Shown: positions 27,518 through 41,252 of the stretch, one piece after another
How the letters are laid out: each line of letters starts with the position of its first letter
How positions within the stretch are numbered: position 1 is the stretch's first letter
Origin: Eledone cirrhosa
Taxonomy: Eukaryota
Length of the DNA stretch: 64,000 nucleotides
Direction: 5' to 3'
Assembly: GCA_964016885.1 (NCBI GenBank)
Contig: OZ024740.1
Span: 208,506,001-208,570,000, forward strand
The notes under the pieces: generated by a model
What the model was told of the DNA's origin: nothing
The model's database searches: none
The model's input: the letters and a program-made list of their open reading frames with translations, nothing else
Position numbers and translations under genes: made by a program

Positions 27518-28109
27518 CTAGCAGTGGTGCTCGGCGTTGCACGGGATAAGGTATTGTGAAATATATAACCGCTTTAGCTAAGCTTAGTATTGCCACAACC
27601 ACAGCTGGCAAAGAAGTAAGGGTTTGGTGGTACGTAAGTAAGCAACACTGTGGCTTAAAACGTGAGGAAGAAGTTGTGTGCACTTACCAACTGTTTGGGG
27701 AATGAGTGTGAGATTTGTCTTGAGTAAGGGTGGCAGAATAACCGGAGGCAGCAGACAGCCAGACATACAGACAGATATTATAAGGGCGCGTTCTGGGCGC
27801 AGAGCGAATTGTAGGAAGTGACGTCATGCAGACAACCAGATATACAGACAGATATTATAAGGGCGCGACGTTATATGTATGTATCTAGCTAAAAAGAGAA
27901 AGACTAAGAATTATAGAGAGAGATCGCTAAATCGCTTGATGCGGTCCCTGGGGCATTGAAAATTTGAAATTGTTTTTCCTCAGAACACTCCCTAAAATGT
28001 AAATATTACATGTGTAAAGTTTGAAAACAGTCGGTTGGGTGGTTCTCGAGTTTTAGGGATTCAAACTCATACACACACAGACAGACATCCTCAGTTTTAT
28101 ATATATAGA
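27518..28109 (-). mobile_element. Non-autonomous Helitron 1
   Basis: Minus strand: 5' TCTATATATATAAAACTGAGGATGTCTGTC; 3' cccgtgcaacgccgagcaccactgCTAG|T. Confidence 0.85.
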
Positions 28110-28659
28110 CTAGCAGAAAACCGCCCACCGAGTGTGTTTCTGCTACTATATATATATATTACACACACAGAAATGTATATATATTTCTGTGTGTGTATAT
28201 ATATATATTACACACACAGAAATGTATATATATTTCTGTGTGTATATATATATATTATACACACAGAAATGTATATATATTTCTATGTGTATATATATAT
28301 ATTTCTGTGTGTGTATATATATATATATTACACACACACAGAAATGTATATATGTTTCTGTAGCACTCCTCAATTCCCCCCTCGCTCCCTCCCACTATCC
28401 CCCTCTTGTAGTCTCTCTCTTTCTTTCACTCTCACTCTCTCTCTACGCGTGCGCAAAAAACATTCGCACGCGCGCACGTGTTTTAGCGTCTATTCACTCT
28501 CTCTCTCCCTCCCACTATCCCCCTCTCGTAGTCTGTCTCTTTCTTTCACTCTCACTCTCTCTCTACGCGTGCGCAAAAAACATTCGCACGCGCACACGTA
28601 TTTCCACTGTCGGACAGACAGACAGACAGAGAAATTGCTGGTTATATATTATAAGGAGA
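28110..28659 (-). mobile_element. Non-autonomous Helitron 2, head-to-tail with Helitron 1
   Basis: Minus strand: 5' A|TCTCCTTATAATATATAACC..tctgtctgtc; 3' gcggttttctgCTAG. Contains internal ~35-bp and ~120-bp repeats. Confidence 0.8.
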
Positions 28660-29439
28660 TAAATGTGTTAGATAAATAGTTTAGAACTGTGTTACATATA
28701 TAGTTGATAACTGTGTTAGATATATAGTTTATAACTGTGTTACATATATAGTTGATATGTGTGTTGAATATTTATATATGTGGTTAGACAAATAACTTAT
28801 ATTACCTCTGTCAATTCACCGCCTCCGGATAATGAAATGTTGTTAAATAAATAATTGATACATATCTTAGATAAATAGATGATATATGTTAAATAATTAT
28901 CTGATATATGTGTTAAATAAATAATTGATGTGTTGGTTACACAAACCTTAGTTTTCCTTAGGCAAACATGCCAAAAACTGGCATCCAGATTCTGTCTATA
29001 ATCCACCCCTTGATAAGCGGAAATCAATCTGATAAGGTTCAAAGTACTTTACGAATGGATTAGATATTCTAGGATGGTTAGCTGTAAGATATGATCTTTA
29101 ATCTTATGTAATCTCTTCCATAAATACTCTTAGATCAAATCACAAAATATTTATAAACTGATAAGACACTTTTAAGAAATCAGTAGAGAAGAACTTTAAG
29201 CTTCGGACAAACAGAGTTCAGAATATGGCTTCAATTCCTTGTTAGATAGTTGTGCAGACAAGTGAGCTATTGTTTACAGTAGTGGGATCATTGATCAAAC
29301 CTGTAACTACGTGGTTGTGAAGCAAACTTCTTGACCACACAGATATGCCTACCCCTGTACATATATGATCTGGAAACGATTATAAAGAATGAATCATTAA
29401 GGCAGTATTTAAACATATTTTTTTTATTTGAACACCTAA

Positions 29440-30300
29440 TTTAGTACAAAGCTAGCAATTTGTGTGGGGAGCAAAGTTGATTACATCAACCTCAGTACGT
29501 GCCTGGTGTCTTATTTTATCCACCTCGGTAGCGTGACAGACAAAATTGTCCTCGGTAGGACTTAATCCAAGACGTAAAGGGTCGTAACTAAATACTCCAA
29601 CGAGTCTGCTAATCTACTATCTCACCTAACTTAATTAATGCCTGCTAAATTTGATACAAGCCCATAATTTTTTCAGTGAGTGGTAATGTGCAGCTAATTC
29701 AATAGACCCCAGTTGATTCACTGCTACTTGCTTTATCGATCTTAAGAGGACGAAAACTAAAAGTTACCTTCTAACAACATTTGAACTTTTTAGGGTCGAT
29801 AAAATAAAGTACCAGTCCAGGGTGGTAGACTAATGGAATTGTTAAAGTGTTAGAAAATTGCTTTGTAAAGAATCGGTAATTGTTCCAATTATTGACGTTC
29901 TGAGTTCAAATTTCTCTCTGGTCTACCTGTGTGGTAAACTCAATTCGTCGCCTGGTTTAACATCGCCGTGTGGAGTTCGTTATATTGCAAACATTTGGGC
30001 TAGATTTGTTGTTTATGGATATCTTCCTCCATCACACTAGACTCCAACGAGTCTGCCAATTCACTGCCACACCTCACTGAATAAATGGCTGCTAAAATTG
30101 ATACAAACTCATATATGTTTCAGCGAGTGGAAATGTGCAGCTAATTTAATAGAGCCCCAGTTGCTTCACTGGTACTTGCTTTATCGACCTTGAGAGGACG
30201 AAAACTAGAAGTTACCTTCAAACAAGATTTGAACTCAAAACGTCCAGAGACGTATGTAAATTCCACAAACCATTGAACCCAACAGCCCATCTGCTTCTGC
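29440..30300. mobile_element. Cluster of degenerate SINE copies on both strands
   Basis: Minus-strand tcgac..gatttgaactca motifs. 29790-30035 closely matches 21278-21520. Confidence 0.65.
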
Positions 30301-31033
30301 CACAACACTCCAGTGGCATTAAAGGAAGGAAAATATCAAAGATAGATATGGAAGAAACACTGCAAACACCTGTCAAAAAAGTTCTTTACGTTGTGTTTAC
30401 AATTCTTTAAAGAAATTTCCTTAAGTTTCTCATCTTAAAAATATCGCCATCTTTTGTTCTTCAATTTTCTTAGATTTTTGCTTCTTGTTAGGAATTCTTG
30501 TGTTCTAAAAGCGTTTTACTGGCATTCGAGGTTTTGATATTCCATTCTACCTTTACAAATGTTACAGTTTATCCAAAGGAATATTTTTCTCTTCGTTTTC
30601 TACACACATCTTGCAGTTATTTTAAAGTATTTTGCTGTTTAACTGTGTATATATATATACGTATATATATATCGGAATACAAAAAACAACAAACGACAAC
30701 GCAGGAGTTTATATATATATATATATTGTTTCTTTTCTTTTTTACAGATTGTGCAAATTCTTTAACGAATTTATGAACACAAGAAATACAGATTTTTTTT
30801 TCTTTTCTACGATCTGAAAGTATTTTTCAAAATAGTCAAACAAAATTTATAGAAAACATCAAAATACTAATTTCTTTGTAAAAGAAGATGAAAAAAAAGA
30901 ACAATCTTTAAAACTAACAAAAAAATATTATTCTTAGTTAGGATTGGGAATGGTCCCAAACATATACACGTGGTGTACATACATATACATGTATACATTT
31001 ACATATATACTTATATATGTGTGTTTGTACGTG

Positions 31034-31075
<42 letters not shown>

Positions 31076-31204
31076 CACATATAAGTATATATGTAAATGT
31101 ATACCTGTATATGTATGTATACCATGCACGTATATATATATATATATTTATGTGTGTATGTATGTATATATGTATGAGTATATATAAGTATGTATATATG
31201 TTTG

Positions 31205-31237
<33 letters not shown>

Positions 31238-31419
31238 ATGTATATGTATGTGTGTGTATGTATGTAGTGCTGTTATAAGCACACACACACACACATATAT
31301 ATATATTTATATACATACACACTATAATAACTGATATATTGATTTCTAGCAGCATTCATTGATAAATGAAATCTAATAAATGAAATCTAATATAGATTTA
31401 GAAGTTACGCATATGACGA

Positions 31420-31750
31420 TGATAGAGTGAAATATATCTACCCCAGTATTTGGTGGGTAAAGTCTAATACATCTACCCCAATACTTGGGTGGGGGTAGAG
31501 TTAAATATATGTACCCTAGTACTTTGGGTGGGGGAGGTAGAGTCAAATATATCTACCCAGTACTTGATGGGTAAAGTCTAATATATCTACCCCAGTATTT
31601 GGAAGGTAGAATCAAATATATTTACCCCAGTATTTTGTGGGTAGAGTTAAATATATCTACCTACCCCAGTACTGGGGGTAGAGTGAAATATATCTACCCC
31701 AGTAATTTGTGGGTAGGGTCAAATATATCTACCCCAGTATTTGGCGGGTA
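31420..31750. repeat. ~38-40-bp minisatellite derived from a SINE tail hairpin
   Basis: About 8 copies of gggtagagt(c/t)aaatatatctaccccagta, followed by SINE-like tail sequence. Confidence 0.8.
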
Positions 31751-31849
31751 CTTATATTATTGACACCGGAATGACGAAGGGTTAAGACGACTTCGCTAGG
31801 TTTCAAAATACATTTCTAACGTTAATGATTTGAATATTGCGATCATATT

Positions 31850-32185
31850 GGTTGAACATATCTGTGGTAGTCTAAGTTTAACATATCTTAGGTTTAGTCT
31901 TAGTTTAACATATCTGTGATAGTCTTAGTTTAACATATCTTAGGTTTAACATATCTATGGGTGTCTTAGTTTAATATATCTTAGGTTTAACATATCTGTG
32001 ATAGTCTTAGTTTAACATATCTTAGATTTAATATAATTGTGAGTCTTAGTCTAACATATTTGTGAGGGTCTTAGTTTAACATATCTTAAGTTTAACATAA
32101 CTGAGTCTTAGTTTAACATATCTTAGGTTTAACATAACTGTGAGGGTCTTAGTTTAACATATCTTAGGTTTAACATATCTGTGAG
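31850..32185. repeat. Degenerate minisatellite (gtcttagtttaacatatct / taggtttaacata)
   Basis: Read directly. Confidence 0.85.
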
Positions 32186-32370
32186 AGCTTCGTTGAGTCA
32201 ATGCTACACCGTCCCAAGTAGGTGGGTTGGGAATCTGGTTTAGTCAACACTACACCCACCTAAGTGAAAATATTTAAAGTATTTTAATAGTTCATTTATT
32301 CAATCCTTATGTCAACTCTTTGAGTTTCAATGGAGTGTGTGTGTGTGTAAGTGAGTATATCTGTATGAGT

Positions 32371-32462
<92 letters not shown>

Positions 32463-32654
32463 TGTGTGTGTGTGTGAAGTGGTAATTAGTGGTTCAAAAT
32501 GATTAACACTCCCAGGGACAAACAATGGCTACGTGTATATGTATGTGTGTATATTGTGTGTGTATTTGTGTATGCGTGTGTATATGCGTGTATGTATATA
32601 TGTATATGTATGCATTTATACATGTATGTATGCATACATGTATGAATGCACGTA

Positions 32655-33686
32655 TTATGATGCTGCAGAAACATATGAAATGGTCAAAACTGCTTTCATG
32701 AGCCAGGCGACTGTTTTCCACTGGCACAAGAGGTTCCAGGACAGGGAGCAGGTGAGCGACCATGAGAGGTGTGGCAGGGAGAGGAACATCAGGATGCCAA
32801 AGCTGGCCAACAAAATTCGCAAATTTCTGCTCGAGGACCGTCGTGCATCTCTTCTGACGATGGCTAATCAGTTTGAAGTGGCTGAGGGCACTATGCACAG
32901 AATCATTCATGACGATCTGAACATGTGCAAAGTTTATTTCCAGGGTTCTCAATGAAGATCAAAGGCAGAGGCGCGTTGATGAAAGCAGGGAGATGGTCGA
33001 GAGCATTGCTTCGAATCCAAATGTCCTTGAGTCTCTGGTAACCTGTGACGAGAGCTGGGCCTACTGTTATGATCCAGAGACCAAGAGACAGAGTGCCCAC
33101 TGGAAACATTCTGACTCCCAAAAACCCAAGAAGGCCGAGCAAAGTAGCTTCTCTGGAAAGCTCATAATAACCCTATTCTTCGACAAGGGCATCATCTACA
33201 TCTATTGTGTACCTACGGCCAGACAGTCAACAAAAAGTATTATGTAGAGGTTTTGGGGGTAGTTCAGAAAGAGATTTCGTCGCAAGAGACCAAAACTCTT
33301 CAAGTCTGGTCAGTGACACCTGCACTAGGACAATGCCACCTGCCACAAATCTATCCTGGTGACCAACTACTTGGCCGATATAGGGATCATGACTGTCTAC
33401 AGACCAGACTTAGCCCCATGTGACTTCTAGATGTTCCTGAAGCTGAAGGAGAAGCTCAGGGAGTATCCACTTTGACGATGTGGAGTTGATGATAGAGGCT
33501 GTGATAAGTGTCCTGGACACCGACACTTTGGAGGACTAAAAGGATCCCGTCCAGAAGTAGCTGGAGTGCTACAGGTGCATTAAAATTGGAGGATCCTACT
33601 TTGAGGGAGTCTAGAGTTTTGTGTTGATCTGAGTTAAATAAATGTCTCTCTGATAAAAGTCTCAAAACCTCTTGAGAGTATCTCGT
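32655..33686 (+). pseudogene. Mariner transposase remnant with 3' TIR
   Basis: HTH region AAETYEMVKTAF..MSQATVFHWHKRF. Catalytic VTCDESWAYCYDPETKRQS, then a *DNA motif and PDLAPCDF. Ends ...tctcgTA. Multiple frameshifts. Confidence 0.9.
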
Positions 33687-33694
33687 ATTTATGT

Positions 33695-33744
<50 letters not shown>

Positions 33745-34009
33745 ATACACATGCACATATATATATACATATATATATATAATCAAAAGTATATGAAGGA
33801 GAAAGCAAGACATTATTCCTACTACATCAAGCGTTAAAAAAATAATATATCTCTTCATTGTACTGTGTTGTTTGCTGTTTCCGTTTACTTTTTGCATATA
33901 TATGTATATTTATATATATGTGTGTGTGTTACTAATTTTGACTACTTTTCCATTATTTCTTTGTTTTGTTCATACCGTTACTTTGAAACATAATTCCACG
34001 TGTGTGTGT

Positions 34010-34093
<84 letters not shown>

Positions 34094-34164
34094 ATGTGTG
34101 TGTGTATATTTGTGTATGTATGTGTATGTGTATATATATGTGTGTATATGTGTTTGAATGATTG

Positions 34165-34199
<35 letters not shown>

Positions 34200-34447
34200 A
34201 TGTGTGTATATGTGTGTATATGTGTGTATGTATGTGTATCTGTGTGTGTGTGTTCGTTTCTATCACAAGCTAAAGTATATATACCTCTCTGTTGGTAAGA
34301 TTGATTAGCAGGTCATGTGTTCCATGGTGAAATTTAAATTCAGTTTGATGACGTAAAAAGGTGAGCATTTAACTCAATGATTAATAGCCTGTTTAAAATA
34401 CTTCGTCAAACACACATTTAAACAAACATATGAACGTCTTTGTATTC

Positions 34448-36422
34448 GGTCAGTAACATATATATATATGTCTAATGCGGCGGTCAGTAACATATATATA
34501 TATATATATATGTCTAATGCGGCGGTCAGTAACATATATATATATATATATGTCTAATGCGGCGGTCAGTAACATATATATATATATATATATGTCTAAT
34601 GCGGCGGTCAGTAACATATATATATATATATATATGTCTAATGCGGCGGTCAGTAACATATATATATATATATATGTCTAATGCGGCGGTCAGTAACATA
34701 TATATATATATATATATGTCTAATGCGGCGGTCAGTAACATATATATATATATATATGTCTAATGCGGCGGTCAGTAACATATATATATATATATATATG
34801 TCTAATGCGGCGGTCAGTAACATATATATATATGTCTAATGCGGCGGTCAGTAACATATATATATATATATATGTCTAATGCGGCGGTCAGTAACATATA
34901 TATATATATATATATGTCTAATGCGGCGGTCAGTAACATATATATATATATATATATATGTCTAATGCGGCGGTCAGTAACATATATATATATATATATG
35001 TCTAATGCGGCGGTCAGTAACATATATATATATATATATGTCTAATGCGGCGGTCAGTAACATATATATATATATATATATATGTCTAATGCGGCGGTCA
35101 GTAACATATATATATATGTCTAATGCGGCGGTCAGTAACATATATATATATATATATGTCTAATGCGGCGGTCAGTAACATATATATATATATATATATG
35201 TCTAATGCGGCGGTCAGTAACATATATATATATATATATATATGTCTAATGCGGCGGTCAGTAACATATATATATATATATGTCTAATGCGGCGGTCAGT
35301 AACATATATATATATATATATATGTCTAATGCGGCGGTCAGTAACATATATATATATATATGTCTAATGCGGCGGTCAGTAACATATATATATATGTCTA
35401 ATGCGGCGGTCAGTAACATATATATATATGTCTAATGCGGCGGTCAGTAACATATATATATATATATGTCTAATGCGGCGGTCAGTAACATATATATATA
35501 TATATGTCTAATGCGGCGGTCAGTAACATATATATATATGTCTAATGCGGCGGTCAGTAACATATATATATATGTCTAATGCGGCGGTCAGTAACATATA
35601 TATATATATGTCTAATGCGGCGGTCAGTAACATATATATATATGTCTAATGCGGCGGTCAGTAACATATATATATATATATATGTCTAATGCGGCGGTCA
35701 GTAACATATATATATATATATGTCTAATGCGGCGGTCAGTAACATATATATATATATATATGTCTAATGCGGCGGTCAGTAACATATATATATATATGTC
35801 TAATGCGGCGGTCAGTAACATATATATATATGTCTAATGCGGCGGTCAGTAACATATATATATATATGTCTAATGCGGCGGTCAGTAACATATATATATA
35901 TATGTCTAATGCGGCGGTCAGTAACATATATATATATGTCTAATGCGGCGGTCAGTAACATATATATATATGTCTAATGCGGCGGTCAGTAACATATATA
36001 TATGTCTAATGCGGCGGTCAGTAACATATATATATATATATGTCTAATGCGGCGGTCAGTAACATATATATATATATATGTCTAATGCGGCGGTCAGTAA
36101 CATATATATATATATATGTCTAATGCGGCGGTCAGTAACATATATATATATATGTCTAATGCGGCGGTCAGTAACATATATATATATGTCTAATGCGGCG
36201 GTCAGTAACATATATATATATATATATGTCTAATGCGGCGGTCAGTAACATATATATATATATATGTCTAATGCGGCGGTCAGTAACATATATATATATA
36301 TATGTCTAATGCGGCGGTCAGTAACATATATATATATATGTCTAATGCGGCGGTCAGTAACATATATATATATGTCTAATGCGGCGGTCAGTAACATATA
36401 TATATATGTCTAATGCGGCGGT
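34448..36422. repeat. Composite minisatellite: invariant 24-mer alternating with variable-length (TA)n, ~50-55 copies
   Basis: tgtctaatgcggcggtcagtaaca-(ta)n repeated in tandem. Confidence 0.97.
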
Positions 36423-36469
36423 TCCCAAGCTTCTGCCTTCTGAATTCTAGGGTATTTTGTTATAAACAT

Positions 36470-36662
36470 AATTGTTTCTACTTTTGGCACAAGGCCAGCA
36501 AATACCCAGTGCATTACTGGTACTTTGTTTTATCGATCCCGTAAGGATGAGACGTAAAGTTAACCTCGGCGGGATTTGAACTCAGAACGTAATGGGCCAT
36601 AACTCTATGATGAAAAGCGTGGTGTCTGGCGCTCTACCGATACTGCCAATCAACCGACCGCC
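36470..36662 (-). mobile_element. tRNA-derived SINE; further copies at ~37245-37398 and 37905-38135
   Basis: Reverse complement of the 2138 family: aacctcggcgggatttgaactcag..cgatactgccaat. Confidence 0.85.
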
Positions 36663-36664
36663 CT

Positions 36665-36786
36665 AAGAGGGTCCTGTCAGAAGTAACCGACTCCAACTGA
36701 TCAGGCTGGATCCCCTAGCTTGCTGGTCTCGCTTGAGGATCCAGCCTGGTCAGTTGGAGATGGTTACTTCTGACAGGACCCTCTTT
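36665..36786. repeat. Inverted repeat, ~46-bp arms, formed from a retroposon 3' segment
   Basis: aagagggtcctgtcagaagtaacc..ggatcc / ggatcc..ggttacttctgacaggaccctctt, followed by a (GAA)n tail. Confidence 0.85.
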
Positions 36787-38159
36787 GGAAGAAGAAGAAG
36801 AAGAGGAGGAGGTATTCATGTATTTGGGGCCTTAGTTAGGGCAGTAGCCTATGATACTTTTCCTAGTCCTCCCACACTTGTGAGAGAGAGAGACGAAGGT
36901 ATCATCAACCCGGCCGGAATGCTTGTAACAGTGATTTCTATTCAATGCACCCAAACTCCAAATGATGGTGTTAAACCGGGTGGGTGATTATGTATGTCAC
37001 CCAAGACGACGGCAGCGGGATTTGAACTCAGAATGGGCTGAGTTGGGACAAATACATACGTGGTCCCGTAACTTCTGAAGGAGTCGTAGGGACACCGTAT
37101 TGACAAATGGCGTTTCTATGACATTTTCTTAAACCTGGTGGAGCCAAATCCTCTCCAGGTTTGAATACAGCAGATTTCTTCCAGAGAAGGATAAAGAAAG
37201 TGATAGAATGGAAGTGAGGAAGAGATATAGAGGAAGAATCAACTCCAGTACTAGACTGGTACTTTTTTATCGACCTCGAATGGATGAAAGGCAAACTTGA
37301 TCTCGACGGGATTTGAACTCAGAGAACAGAACGTCGAAGCGATTACAGTAAAACATTCTGTCCGCCGTTCTAACGACTCTGCCAATTCGCCGCCTTGGAG
37401 ACAAATATATAGAAATATAAAATAGTCATGTAATACCAGAAGCTGAGCCGTTGAAACGTTGGATAGCATGCTGCTTGGTACTGACTCTCTGCCTTTCATC
37501 CTCTCTCTCTCTCTCTCTCTTCCAGAAGAAGAAATTGACTGTGATCAGGCCTGGAGCGTGGTCCCCGCCGTTTGTCATGGCGGCGCCCCACGTCTCTATG
37601 CAATATATATTAAATTACTGATTCAATTTAAGGATTGACACGTTTTTTTTTCCATATGAGATTTTAGAGACATTGTTTTTGTTTTGTTTTTGTTTTGTTT
37701 TTTGTTGTTCTTTTTTTATTGTTTACTTGGGTGAAGAAGGACATTGCCTATAACCCTTTTCAGAGTATCGGAGACTGTTAGAAGATAGGGTGGAAGAAAG
37801 AGGAAGGGAGAGAGGAAGGTAGCCTTAAACCAGAAAGCTGATATGAATGCAGCAGAGAGGGTGATCTTAAGCTGGGCTACGGATTAAGTCTACCACCCAA
37901 GTAGGCTACAGTGGGATTTGAACACAGAACCTAAATAACTAAAATAAATATCGCCAGACATTTTGTCCGATGTTTTAATCATTTCGCCAGTTCACCACCT
38001 GGAGATGGTTCTGTATTTTATCACCTCAGAATGGTTAACAAACAATGTTCATCTCATCAGGATTAGAACTCAGGATGCAAAGGTCCGGAATAACTAGCAT
38101 TTTGTCTAACGTTTAATAATTCTGCTAATTTGGCAAACTATTAGTTTCAAATGTTAATG

Positions 38160-38494
38160 TACTCTCGGGTCCCAAATAATAGGAGGGTTGGAATAAGCGG
38201 GGGGGGGGGGGGGGCTTAAATTCTTATAAGCGGGAGGGTGTGGAATAAATGGGGTGGGGTCAATAATTGTGTAGAGTGGGTTAGTAAATATGGGATTTCT
38301 TGTAACGCTCTTTTTTGTGTCATATATAATGGGTTTTTTTTTTATTGTAAAATAAAATTATTATTAGATTCTCTAGCTGCTGTATCAATATGAATCACTT
38401 ACAATAAAATTTCGCCGGAGATAGATTAAAAGAATTTAATAAGTGAGGGAGGATAAAAGCGGGGTGTGGGGGCATTATTCAAGACTTGAGAGTA
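38160..38494. mobile_element. Tc1/mariner-type MITE
   Basis: Imperfect ~21-bp TIRs tactctcgggtcccaaataat / attattcaagacttgagagta with TA ends. Confidence 0.6.
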
Positions 38495-38799
38495 ACCGAG
38501 GGTTTCCCACCTGTCACGTAGAAGTACCCACATTAGTGCATGATACAGGTGGCTGTTGAGAAAGGATTGAGATTCAGTGTGGACGAGGAGAATGTTAATA
38601 CCAGAGTCAAAATATTATACAAGTACCCTAAGGATCTGTGGAGGCTAGGGTATGATTGTGGGGAGGAGATGGTGATTATAATGGTGTGGGGGAAAAGGTT
38701 TCTATTTTTTAAATGTGACTAATTATACTATTATAAGTTTGTTTTGTTTTGTTTTTTTCCCTTATATCAAATATTTATTCCATATTGTAAAAAATACAA

Positions 38800-39180
38800 G
38801 TGTGTTTTGTGGTTATGAAAACGGAAAAGGAAAGGAAAAGACAAAGGCTCACAGAAGAGTGGGGAGGGTGGTGATGGGCTCTAGGCCTAGGGTGCGGTGG
38901 TATTGGGGCTGCGCCGCGCGGACAAGACCGCAAAAGCATTCCCGTGGCAATGGCCGCTGTAACAGCCACGCCACCTCGCGAGGCTCCTTCCTCAGACCGG
39001 CTGCTGACGTTCCGCTCTTGCGGAGGAGCTCGGCAGTACTGGGACCAAGTACGCCTGAGGTCTCGACGGCTACCGGACAATCTCCAGTATTTGTTCGTGT
39101 TCCTATTGTGGCCTGCAGTAGCAGGGTTTGTGGCCGAAGCAACTAAAGTTGGAGACGGAGAACGTCACTTATAAGTATCA
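38800..39180 (-). mobile_element. CRE-like LINE 3' fragment
   Basis: PVAVETSGVLGPSTAELLRK..EPREVAWLLQR. Confidence 0.8.
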
Positions 39181-39529
39181 TTGACAACATTTGAAGAAAA
39201 TGAAAATATTTCATTCGATTCACAGGAATCACAAAAGAAATAGCCTGTGAAACTACAAAATGGGGCCAATACTTAAAGGAAAGCCAGTGAAATACTCCGG
39301 AAGTACAATCCTTACCAAGTGACTCTGGTATAAATTACATCATGACAATATTGTTTAGTAAAGTGTGTGTGTCTGTGTATATGTGTGTGTGTGTATGTGT
39401 GTGTGGGGGGGGGGGGGGGGTGTACACTGAAACAAAAAGATTCCTAACAATGGCTGAACATAATAGAATCAAATTCCCACTGTCAACTGCTTCCGTCACT
39501 CTCGCTCTCCCCATCTCTCACTATTATAA

Positions 39530-40480
39530 GCAAGTGGGGGTCCACGACCTGGCCGCCACGCACCCCGGCGGGAAGAATAGAGAAGGCGTTTCCCCGGAGG
39601 ATGGTGAGGGAGACACGTTGGAAGAGCCATTCCAGCTTGCGAGGCTAACACTTGCGAGTAGCCAACTCCATTTCGATGGTGGTAAGTAGGGAGGTGGTCC
39701 TAGGGCCAAGAACAACAGAAGTCTCCACTGTTACGGGCTTGATCGTAATCCTGTATGAGAGCGACCGATATTTGGAGAGTTTACCCTCTTCGGTCCGAAG
39801 TGCAGCAGAGCCTGGATTAGTCACAGATTGCACCCGGTTGCCGCTGGAGAAAGTGTCACTGCATGTGGCATCCCTAATGAGGGCTTTACCACCACGAAAC
39901 GGGAAGATGGTCATGCCGTTTGGTCTTTTGCCGTCCCCTCAGCCCAGCCCCGTCGAATCGAGCTGGGAGGGGAAGACAACAGCATTCAAGCCATGATTTA
40001 TGATCTCGTTGAGAGCAGCATGGCGTGGAAGGCGGCCGGCATTGTAGCAACAGCACAGCGGGTAGAGGCCGAAAGAGTCAACGTTGGATCCGCAAGTTGT
40101 ATGTTTATCAGCGATTTAGCTGATTCAATGGTGGTGACTTGGCAGATTCAATAGGACGTCGGATTAAATGCCTCAGTATTTATTCCGACTCACAGCGCTC
40201 TAGGTTCAAACGTCACCGAATTGAACTTTGCCTGTGGGTAAACTGTCATATTATCGAGCGTTCTTTCATAGGTTTGTGGTCAAGCCTGTGGCAATGGATA
40301 TTTCCGGCGTTCTTGACTCCCGGACCACATCTCTACTCATTGTTATCACGGGATGGGTTGGTTACCCGCAAGAGCTAGCCTCGAGATTTTGTGTGGCTAG
40401 ACCAGCGCATCTCCCACGCCATCCTTCGGAGTAATGTCTTCTTCATCCTGTCCGCCGGGACCACGAGGTGGACTGACCCT
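39530..40480 (-). pseudogene. CRE-like non-LTR retrotransposon C-terminus (zinc-knuckle region + REL endonuclease)
   Basis: VDSFG..LC..GRLPRHAALNEII, then DGKRPNGMTIFPFRGGKALIRDATCSDT..KYRSL..PVTVETSVVLGP (degenerate RPD..D REL motif). Confidence 0.8.
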
Positions 40481-40669
40481 TAAACAGTGAACAGTAACTA
40501 CAGACCTCTCACATACACACACACTCCTGCTTTTATAAACCACTTTGCATAACATAGTCCAAGATACACTATGTTTGACTAACTGGACCAGAGAACCGTT
40601 GGATCAGAACTGATCCGGTATTAAATAACCACAAGAATTACACCATGAATACTCACAGGGAAGCCGCTG

Positions 40670-40820
40670 TGTGGTCACACAATCAGTTAGAAATAGCAGT
40701 AAAATGTCCCTCAAATCACTGAAATATTTGCTTGGAAAAACGATTGGATTGTAATCGGGACACCTTTGATCACAGATCTAACCGATCAGAGCCGGCCTGA
40801 GGTTAAACAACAACAACAGC

Positions 40821-40910
<90 letters not shown>

Positions 40911-41252
40911 TGCATCATCAATAATAAGAAGGTCCTCACTTGGTGACTCGGTCAGATAGAAATAACAGTCAAATTTCCCTCGAACCCTACTGAAATAAAA
41001 CTGGTATGGTCACCACTAAAACGTATTTGATTATAGTCTACTGAACAAGAGCCGACCTCGGGTTAAACAACAGCAACAATAACAACTGCATCAATAATAC
41101 TAACAAGAAAACCACCACTTGGTCCCTCGGTCAGCTAGAAATAGCAGGCAAATCTCCCTCGAAAGCTGCTGAAAGAAAGACAATATGATCACAGTTGGAA
41201 TGTCTTCGATCATGGACTTACTGGATTAGAAGGACTGACCTGGGGTTAAACG
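40670..41252 (+). repeat. Three degenerate ~170-bp tandem retroposon-tail units with (CAA)n
   Basis: agaaata(g/a)cag..tccctc..ccgacct.gggttaaac occurs three times. (CAA)n spans 40807-40909. Confidence 0.6.

Larger units (their letters stand above)
24310..28940. repeat. ~24-26-bp AT-rich minisatellite with two subtypes, interrupted by Helitrons
   Basis: Unit ttagataaatagtttatatg(t/a)tg over 24310-26455. Unit ttagatatatagtttataactgtg over 26540-27517 and from 28660, decaying toward 28940. Confidence 0.95.

Noticed and set aside
26853-27683. 276-aa NTVINYIS repeat ORF
   Set aside because: It is a translation of the 24-bp satellite plus a Helitron end.
34448-36422. CRISPR array
   Set aside because: The spacers are only (TA)n, the context is eukaryotic, and no cas genes are present.
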